DNA of 64,000 bases, taken from positions 682,001-746,000 of the forward strand of contig NW_027191454.1 of the NCBI RefSeq assembly GCF_011745625.1, in the 5' to 3' direction. Positions 11,769 through 20,300 of the stretch are shown here, in pieces (within the stretch, counting starts at the first letter, position 1; the number at the start of each line of letters is the position of its first letter). The translations under genes and the position numbers were made by a program. The notes under the pieces are model-generated. The model searched no databases and was not told the origin of the DNA. It was given only the letters and a program-made list of their open reading frames with translations. The DNA is from Cladosporium halotolerans. Its lineage: Eukaryota.

Positions 11769-13769
11769 ATGGACTCCGTACTCGCCTCCCCCTCACGCGA
11801 AGATCCGGCTTTCATATCGCCAGTGCAGACGCCTCAAGGAAGTCCGAGCAAAAATCGCATGCCTCCTGGAGCATTCGATCTCCCCGATGTTTTCTCCAAC
11901 GCCATGAAACTGCTGCCCACCCAGGGCCAGCCAAACAACAGTGCTCTGCAAGCGAAACAGCAGGGCTCTGCATCTCCCACCAGACAGACAGACTACGACC
12001 CTTTCACTTCACATGACGCAAAGGCAGGCGCACCGGGAAGCCCGACACGCAAGAACGGCAAGGAGAACACACCGCCTGCGTACAGGCAACCCGCTCCTCC
12101 ACAGAGCAGCTACCTCGCCGAAGCAGCACAGAACCGGCAAAACGTCTACAGACCCCGCGAAGACCACTCTCCGACCAGGCAGAAGCAGTCTGTAATAACA
12201 GGCCTGCCTACCCCGGAGGAGCAAGAGAAGCTGCAGAGGCCGAGCGTTAAGAGACTGGCGAACGTGACACAACTCTATTTCCTCGACTACTACTTCGACC
12301 TGTTGTCGTACACTGCGAGCCGGCAAAAGCGTCTGCAACTTTTCAAGGAGCATAATCCCCCGCCAACAGCAAGCACCGCAGAGCCTAAGAAAGAGGAGTA
12401 CAACAAGAATTGGAAGGTGTATCTGGATCACGAGCGGACGAACCTCCGCGAACGCCGCACTAAACTGCAACATGGTGACTTCCAGATTCTCACCCAAGTC
12501 GGACAAGGTGGATACGGTCAGGTCTACCTGGCACAGAAGAAGGACACTCGCGAGGTCTGTGCTTTGAAGGTCATGAGCAAGAAGCTCTTGTTCAAGCTCG
12601 ACGAAATCAGACACGTTCTGACCGAGCGCGACATCCTGACAACGGCTAAGAGCGACTGGCTGGTGCGCTTGCTATACGCCTTTCAAGACGATAGCAGCAT
12701 CTATCTTGCCATGGAATACGTGCCTGGAGGCGACTTCCGCACGCTGCTCAACAACACTGGTGTTCTGCACAACCGCCACGCCCGTTTCTACATCAGTGAG
12801 ATGTTCCTTTGCGTCGATGCACTGCACACTCTTGGATACATTCACCGCGACTTGAAGCCCGAGAACTTCCTTATTGACGGCACTGGTCATGTCAAGCTCA
12901 CCGATTTTGGTCTCGCTGCCGGTTTCCTCGCCCCAGCGAAGATCGAAAGCATGCGTATCCGTCTGGAGGAAGTAGGAAACCTGCCCGCTCACGCAAATCC
13001 ATTCGGCGTCCGTCCCACCGAGGATCGATCTTTGAAGGAGCGCAGAGATGGTTACCGCTCTCTCCGCGAGCGCGACAGGAACTACGCCAAGTCCATCGTC
13101 GGATCGCCCGATTACATGGCGCCGGAGGTCCTCAAGGGTGAGGAGTACGATTTCACTGTCGACTATTGGTCTCTCGGCTGCATGCTGTTCGAGGCCCTGG
13201 CAGGCTACCCACCATTCGCCGGCGCCTCGGTCGACGAGACCTGGCAGAACCTGAAGCGCTGGCAGTCCGTCCTGCGCAAGCCCGAATACGAGGACCCCAA
13301 CTACTTCCTATCCCGTCGCACTTGGGACCTCATCACCCGCCTCATCAATGTCAAGTCGGGCCGCCTGCAGAACATCAAGCAGGTGCAAGACCACGACTAT
13401 TTCCGCGAGGTGTCTTGGGACCGTCTGCGCCAGGAGCGCGCCCCGTTCGTTCCCGAGCTCGACAGCGAGACCGACGCGGGCTACTTCGACGACTTCGGCA
13501 GCGAGAAGGACATGGCCAAGTACAAGGAAGTGCTCGACAAGCAGGAGGCGCTGGAGCGCATGGCGGACCGCGAGGGCAAGATGGACAAGTCGCTTTTCGT
13601 CGGCTTCACTTTCAGGTATGTGCCGAAATTTTGCGCACCCACGAAAATCAGAAATACTGACCGGAATCACTCCAGGCACCGCAAGCCCACCGTCGACGAG
13701 GACGGCAAGCCCTCCAGCCCGCGCAAGCCCCTCAGCAACATCGACGACAGCTTCGGCACCATCTTCTAA
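11769..13769 (+). CDS. DBF2: NDR-family mitotic exit/septation kinase Dbf2/Sid2
   Basis: ANVTQLYFLDYYFD Mob-binding region, GQGGYGQVYLA, HRDLKPENFLID, SIVGSPDYMAPE, hydrophobic motif FVGFTFR. One 60-nt intron 13616-13675 (GTATGT..ACTGAC..CAG). ATG 11769 has better context (AAC ATG G); an in-frame ATG at 11685 is also possible. Confidence 0.93.
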   Translation: MDSVLASPSREDPAFISPVQTPQGSPSKNRMPPGAFDLPDVFSNAMKLLPTQGQPNNSALQAKQQGSASPTRQTDYDPFTSHDAKAGAPGSPTRKNGKENTPPAYRQPAPPQSSYLAEAAQNRQNVYRPREDHSPTRQKQSVITGLPTPEEQEKLQRPSVKRLANVTQLYFLDYYFDLLSYTASRQKRLQLFKEHNPPPTASTAEPKKEEYNKNWKVYLDHERTNLRERRTKLQHGDFQILTQVGQGGYGQVYLAQKKDTREVCALKVMSKKLLFKLDEIRHVLTERDILTTAKSDWLVRLLYAFQDDSSIYLAMEYVPGGDFRTLLNNTGVLHNRHARFYISEMFLCVDALHTLGYIHRDLKPENFLIDGTGHVKLTDFGLAAGFLAPAKIESMRIRLEEVGNLPAHANPFGVRPTEDRSLKERRDGYRSLRERDRNYAKSIVGSPDYMAPEVLKGEEYDFTVDYWSLGCMLFEALAGYPPFAGASVDETWQNLKRWQSVLRKPEYEDPNYFLSRRTWDLITRLINVKSGRLQNIKQVQDHDYFREVSWDRLRQERAPFVPELDSETDAGYFDDFGSEKDMAKYKEVLDKQEALERMADREGKMDKSLFVGFTFRYVPKFCAPTKIRNTDRNHSRHRKPTVDEDGKPSSPRKPLSNIDDSFGTIF

Positions 13770-14578
13770 TCAACCCTGGCTGGCTGTCCGCAGGTCTCGG
13801 CGATACCGTTCGCTTCTCGCACTGGCTGCTTGCACTTGTACCCCACCTCGAAGGCTTTCTTTCCTTCTTTCTTTCCTGTTGTTATTTGATTCGAGCGCAC
13901 AGCATACGGCGGCGTTCCTTTGGTGAACGTACGTCCAGGGACAGACTCCTGTGGAGGCAGGGAAGGCGTAATGGAAGGGAGAAGCGTCGTTCGTCGGCGC
14001 AACGGAGTAACGACTGTTTGACTCGGGTCGGCCGAATTTGCTCTTTTGAGCGTCTACTTCTTGTTCAAGTTCGCTTGTTTTAAGTACCTCTAGCAATGCA
14101 ATGCAAGGCAATATTGAAGTACCCGTCACCAATTCAGACATTGAATGGTACATAGTGGCTGCTGAGCGAGGCGCGCATGCAAATCTCCGCCATACCTCGC
14201 ATGGAAAGGTTAGGGTGTAGACAAATTGCATTGCCATACAGCATATCGCGAACGCATCGCTTGGTTTGCCTCTCTAAATCTGGTACCCCAACCCTAACCC
14301 TAGTCCTCACGCCACAGGCTGCACGATGCTTCTGAAATATATGATCACAACCAGATATCTTCCATTTCAACCGCTTAAGTAAAAGAAGGTCGATCTTTTA
14401 ATATTGCTGTAATCTCAATGTTTGCACAAGGGAATCGTCCTGGCCGAGGTTCCGGTCTCCAGACCGGCAGCAAATTGCCGAGATGGCCGACGTTCGACAA
14501 CATGACCTAAAACGCGCTCACTTCACGGACATCACCTCTCACGCTGCACTGCAATCGCTAGTGTATTGAGACCGAACA

Positions 14579-15682
14579 ATGTCCGCAGGCAGCAGTACCT
14601 TCACATGGGGTCCCAACCTCACCCTTTCCTCCGATAAATCGCCTTTTGATTCGCCCTTGCCTTCGACACATTCGGGATTCAAGAACACACGCCCTGTATC
14701 ATGGAAGCGCTTCAACATCGCCGGCATCTTAGTAACCGTATACGGACTGGATGAGCTGCCCTCCAACAAAGACTCAGTCACATGCCTCTGGCTCCTGCAT
14801 GGCCGAGGCGACACCCAAGATTCCATGTCCTTCATCGCCGCCGCCATGATCGAAGCCTGGACCACCAACAAACAATCCAGCACCAAAAACCTCATCTGCG
14901 TCTCCTTCGACCAGCGCAACCACGGCTCCCGCATGATCGACAATCGCGCCAACGACTCCTGGAACGGCGGCAACCCCACCCACGGCCAGGACATGTACGC
15001 CCTCTTCTCCGGCACCGCGCAAGACGTCTCGCAGCTCATCACCCTCCTCCCCTCGTACCTCTCTTTCCGCCCTACAGACCACATCTGCAGCGGCGTCAGC
15101 CTCGGCGGCCACGCGACCTGGCACGCCGTCCTGCACGACCCCCGCGTCTCCGCGGCGCTCATCATCATCGGCTGCGCGGATTACACGCGCTTGATGAAAG
15201 ACCGCGCAATCCGCGGCAAGCTGGCCTCTTGCACGGGCACAGAGCCTCCAGGCCGCGATTTCCTCGGCTCCAAGGACTTCCCGCCCTCTCTGCTCGAAGC
15301 CATCCGCCAACGGGACCCGGCGGGCTGCCTTCTGGGAGAGTTGGACGAGCCTCAAGCGCATGACCGCGAGCCGTCGGAAGCGGAGAAGGCGCGCCTGCGC
15401 CCCATCATGCGTGAGAAGCTCGCTGGGAAGAAATTGCTCGTGCTGAGTGGCGGAAAGGACAGGCTCGTGCCGTACCAGCAGAGCGAGCCGTTCATGGCTT
15501 GGTTGAAGCGGGCGGTGGACAAGGAGTCCGGGTGGTTCGGGGACTGTGGGACCGAAGTGGAGGATATTTTGGACCCGGAAGCGAGGCACGAGTTTTCTGT
15601 CACGATGCGCGCGGAAGCGGAGCGGTGGCTTTGCGAAGTCATGGGGGGTAGGCGGACGGGGAGGAGGAATAGCAAGATTTGA
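14579..15682 (+). CDS. Alpha/beta-fold hydrolase, uncharacterised
   Basis: 367-aa ORF; LLHGRG, FDQRNHGSR, nucleophile GVSLGG, GGKDRLVP (Asp), ARHEFS (His); ends in -SKI. Confidence 0.82.
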   Translation: MSAGSSTFTWGPNLTLSSDKSPFDSPLPSTHSGFKNTRPVSWKRFNIAGILVTVYGLDELPSNKDSVTCLWLLHGRGDTQDSMSFIAAAMIEAWTTNKQSSTKNLICVSFDQRNHGSRMIDNRANDSWNGGNPTHGQDMYALFSGTAQDVSQLITLLPSYLSFRPTDHICSGVSLGGHATWHAVLHDPRVSAALIIIGCADYTRLMKDRAIRGKLASCTGTEPPGRDFLGSKDFPPSLLEAIRQRDPAGCLLGELDEPQAHDREPSEAEKARLRPIMREKLAGKKLLVLSGGKDRLVPYQQSEPFMAWLKRAVDKESGWFGDCGTEVEDILDPEARHEFSVTMRAEAERWLCEVMGGRRTGRRNSKI

Positions 15683-15753
15683 TCTCGGGGAAAGAGGTTT
15701 TCGTGGCTGCAACTACGATGCACGCTTTATTATTTAGGGGTTCGCGCCGATTC

Positions 15754-16248
15754 TCAGGCACACGAAGCCTTTTGTATCAACTCCGCGTGTTTGCCGGGGT
15801 GGTTCTTTTCGACGTTTCCCTTGGCCATTCTGCGAGCGAGCGTTCATTAGCTCAGTGGAAGTATTGAAAGAAGAAAGCGGCGGACTTACCTCTTCGTCAT
15901 AAAGTTCCCATCAATGATCACATCCTCTATCAATTTCCCTTTCTCGACCCGCCACTTCGCCTTGATCTCCAGTTTCCCAACAGGCGGCTTCGGTTGCACG
16001 AGCGTGTCGACTCCGTCGGCCAGGTTAGTGATCGTGAGGGGATACGTCGACGTCCCAACAGGCGTTGGTGCCGTTACATGGTAGACGCATGGCGAGCCAT
16101 TCATTGATGAGTTGCCGGAGATGTACTGTGAAGAGGTGTTGCCAGGTGCCAGTGCGTCGATGATGTTGCGATGGCTGTGGAGGACTTTGATGAGGGAGGA
16201 CTCGGTGACGTTAGATGGGAAAGGAGTGATGACGGATGTTGTTGACAT
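15754..16248 (-). CDS. Small fungal hypothetical protein (DUF7053/START-like fold suspected)
   Basis: Exons 16248-15890 and 15829-15754 (intron 15889-15830, GTAAGT..GCTAAT..CAG), giving ...GNFMTKRMAKGNVEKNHPGKHAELIQKASCA*. The pattern LHSH..I near the N-terminus and W.V...L.EDV.I near the C-terminus resembles DUF7053 from memory. Confidence 0.6.
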
Positions 16249-17316
16249 GTTGGCCAAAATCGAAGGAAGATTTTCTTTGATGACAGGACGTCTGGATCAG
16301 CTGTGGGATACTGCAAGGCAATGCAAACGGAATCAACGAGAATCAATCGTTCAAGCGGCAATTCCAGCAGATAGCGAACCTCAGGTATATTATATACGTA
16401 GAAGCCTCGTAGTCACAGACATTGGCCAGTCCAATCTCATGAAGGAACACTGCATCAAAATCGTACCCACAGAGGGATGTTGTGCGTTTCGTCCATGTTC
16501 GATCGCTCGCGGCCCAGCCTAAGTGTTTTCTCAAGCAGCGCATCGATCATTTGGCGTTGCAATGGGCTCGATGCCGAGCCACGACTGGGGCCGGGAAGGA
16601 CCCAGACCCGTGTATCGAGCACTAAGAAGGGTTTCTTAGTCTTGTCGAGTCATGGCCATACTTCGGAACTTCAACTAGTGGTTTACATAGGTCTTTGGAC
16701 TAATAATCTGTGCTTCGCTCGACGAAAGCGTAATGAAGGTCTCCGTCATTGACGCAGTGGCCGTGAGATCAGAATGTCAGGGCGGCCGTGGCTACATTGA
16801 TAGAAGACAGTAATGTCCAGCATGACGCCAATAGCATCACAATTTCAGAGAAAATAGTAACCTGAAACATCTCCCAAACTGGATCTCCTCAACCCGAAAG
16901 CCTAATCATCCTTGAAACAGAACCGCCGGCACAAACGAATCCTGAAATATCAGACACGCTTGACGATGACACGGACCCAGGGCGTGCTGAAATGCTGATA
17001 ATCCAATTATAGGTATTGAGACTAGGCTCGTAGTGTACAGAAAGCAGCCCATCGCAAATCCACCTTCTCCCAAAAGTGCAGTATGCGTTTTTCCAGCCCG
17101 TTCCAGGATCAAGCCAAGACGCCTTCGCTTGTTGTTTTCTAATACAAAGGTTGCAATACCCAGGAAACCTCCCACGCAATTGAAAGGTGTGTTACAAAAG
17201 CCCGCTACCTATGCAAAAAGGAGACCGGCGCGCAGATGCAAGTTCGAGCGCGAAAGCGATTGACAAAGAAAAGATGACTTCGGTGACAAATTGAAGAGCG
17301 CGAGTCGCCTTCGCGC

Positions 17317-20300
17317 TTAGTTGTAGATTTCGAGCGGAGCCAGCTGGTCGACCGCGTAGAGCCAGTTGCTGCCCTTTTCTTCCTTGGCAAGCCTGAAAGC
17401 AATGTTAGCGACCTCGTCGAAAAGTAGATTGAAACTGGAAAGGGCGACGTACCAATCATACGGCCACTGCACGAGGTGACCTTGGATCATGTTCAGCAAC
17501 TCCTCCGCGTCTTCCTTGCTCATGATGTCTTCGACCATCGTGGGCGGGCGAGCGCTACTCTTCGTGGTAGCACGGCGCCTGCGCTTCTGGCTCATGGCAG
17601 GCTGCAAGCCGGGGCCATTGGTCGTGTTCGACTGCGTGGCGGTGGTCTCCGGAGCGTCATTGAGGTCAGTCGCAATGGTGATGGTACGTTGGCGAGTGAC
17701 GTGGGAGTCATCTGCGTTGTTTGGTTCCGGCTTGTTTCCCTGGGCGGGAGAAAGGTTGCTCTCAGTTGAAGTGTTCTGTTGTTCCGCATCCGCTTCCTTG
17801 GCGGCGTCCTTCTCATCAAACTGTCGATCTTCAGGAGTGGGTACGGCAGTAGGTGAGCTAGAGACGCCAGACTCGGGCGAGTCACCTGTCTTCTCGTTGA
17901 GTTCTTGGGATTGAGGTTGGCTGTCGTTCGACTTCTTGCTGCTGGGCCGCTTCTTGTTGGTAAGATTCCCAAAGATTCCGCGCGACTTGTCCTTGGCGAC
18001 CGTAGTCTTCTCGTCCAATATCTGGGTCATCAAGGAATCTGTGCCAGCCGAGCCAGGCGGACCAGAGCGCGGAGGAGCATCCTTCGGAGGCCTGGGCTTG
18101 CTATTGCCTAGGCCTTGTGACTGCATGAAGCGCTCGTTGTAATCGTTGAATCGCTTATAGTCATCCCAATCCAGGACTTCTGAGTCGGGCATGCTTCGAA
18201 AAACTTGGCGGTAGATCTTAGTGTTGTTCTCCGCAACTCTCTCCCAGATGTCCTTCATGAAGTTTGGTGCCAAGGGATCTGTCATGCAATCCTCGGTGAT
18301 GTCAGCCTTTTGCAACGTGTGCAGCAAAGGAGCCAAAGTCCTCCTAGTGGTGACTCTGCTAAGCTGTTGCGTCAGTGGCGGCCCGCCAATATCGGTGTCG
18401 TCTTGCGCAGGCAACTCCGGCAGCTGTGAGCGTGGGGCGAGGCCGAGTTCGACTGTATCGTTGCGCTGTAATGGCCAAGGAGGCCTTGGAACTCCACGAG
18501 CGCCCTTATCTTCGGCGGCAGTTTGCTTCTTGGCGTGCGCACTCTCCAGCTGTCTGATACGCTCAATGTCCGGAGCGTCTCGCGACCTGAAGACCTCGTG
18601 TCCCTGCGTGTTGATGTATGTGTCGCGAAGACCGATGTCACCGGCTTGCTCGAGTTGCTTTTCATTGTCAACGCCGTAGCCTTCCACGTCTAGGTCCCGC
18701 TGCCTGGAGTTACCGGCATGCTTCTTCTCCTTGTCAACATTGTCTGCCTTGCTCGCAGAGTCATCGCTGTCTGCACGTGTGGAGCGAGCCTTCTTCACCC
18801 ATCCTCTGACGTCTGTTTGCTCGCCGGCAAAGCCTATTGCACTGGCTTGAAGGTTGGTATTGGTGAGTGCCTGAGGCCCTGGAGTCTGAGGAGGCGTGAA
18901 GAAGTAGTCCTCACGCCCAGCAGCCGGTGTCGCAAAATCATCGCGATAGATGCGGTCCATCTCCATGTCCTGCTGCTCACGTTCCTTGCTCAGTTGGTCA
19001 CGTCGATAGATATCATCGACGTCGAGACCAAGATGCTCTCTCATGAGACGCTTGCGCAGGCCATGGGCAAACTCGCCAACCATGTAAGGCCTGCCAGCCA
19101 TCATACTCGGGATCATCATGTGATCAGTGACAATAGAGGCAACCTCCGAATCTCGCGAGCCCAACATCGAGCGTTCGTTGATGTTGGCAGAACCAATGAT
19201 GACGTGACGATCGTCCACGACCATGCACTTGGCGTGGATGTAAAGCTGCTCGGTAGTTAAGCATTTCTTCGGTCCAATTTTGCCCCATTGGCGGAGCGAG
19301 AAGAACTTGATGTACTTCTCGGGTTCGACGCCTGCAGCTTTCAATCGTCCCCAAAGCGAAGACTCGCCACGGCAAATGCTTCTGTACTGGCATTGCATGA
19401 TCAGACGGACACTGGTGCCATCTTGAGAATCGACACTGTTCTGGAAACCAGGCATGAGAGGAATGATCAAGCATGCTTGCCAGTCCTCTCCATTCTCGTG
19501 GGCGCGAATGGCGCGCTCAACAAGCGCGTCGCCGATGCCGTTGTGGATGATCGTGCCGTCGACAACAGAGCTCGAGACGTAGAATTGATTCTCAATGTAG
19601 ATGAAGTGGTCGGATGCCTCGATCAGAGAGCAATACGCGTTCATGATGCTGTGCTCGACCTTGTTAGGTGTGCCAATGGACCAAGGCGAGCAGGATCGTA
19701 GGATCTGCACTTGGCACGACCCGGTCATACCAAGTCGCTCGAGCTCACCATGCTCATACTCGGGCGGCGGCATAAGCACAGGCGTAGGACGAGAAGGAAT
19801 TCGCTGACGCAGAACATAGTTCCAGCGTTGCACGAAATGACGACCAACATCGCGTGCAGGCTGTCCGACGATTTGCATCGCAATGTCGTGCCATGGCATG
19901 CGAGGGACCTTGGTCCGATCGTACATCTCTTCGTATGGTCTGTCCAGAGCGTAGAAATCCTGCACTCTGGGATTGCTGTAATCTTTGCCTGGCCACACCT
20001 GGCAGTGCTCCGCGTCGCGTGGGCCTTCATGATCGAGTTCGAACCCAGTGAGCTTGTCGTCTGTGAGTGCGTGGCAAGGGTCGTCCCAACGACCGAAGCA
20101 GAGATCGACGCCTCCAACGAAGGCCATCATGTTGTCAACGACAACTATCTTCTCGTGATGTGCCCAGAAGAACTGATTTTGCCTGAACTGGTTCGGCGAT
20201 CTCTGAACGCAGATGTTCTCATGCAAGTCCAACAAACTCCACTTAGTATACTCCGAATCTATCGGAATCGCGGATTCGATGTTCCTGTAAACGACGACGA

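Noticed and set aside
13770..14578. Telomerase RNA gene around the AACCCTAACCCTA motif
   Set aside because: The spacer is about 0.8 kb, well short of the roughly 2-kb telomerase RNAs known in filamentous ascomycetes, and I recognised no pseudoknot or three-way junction.
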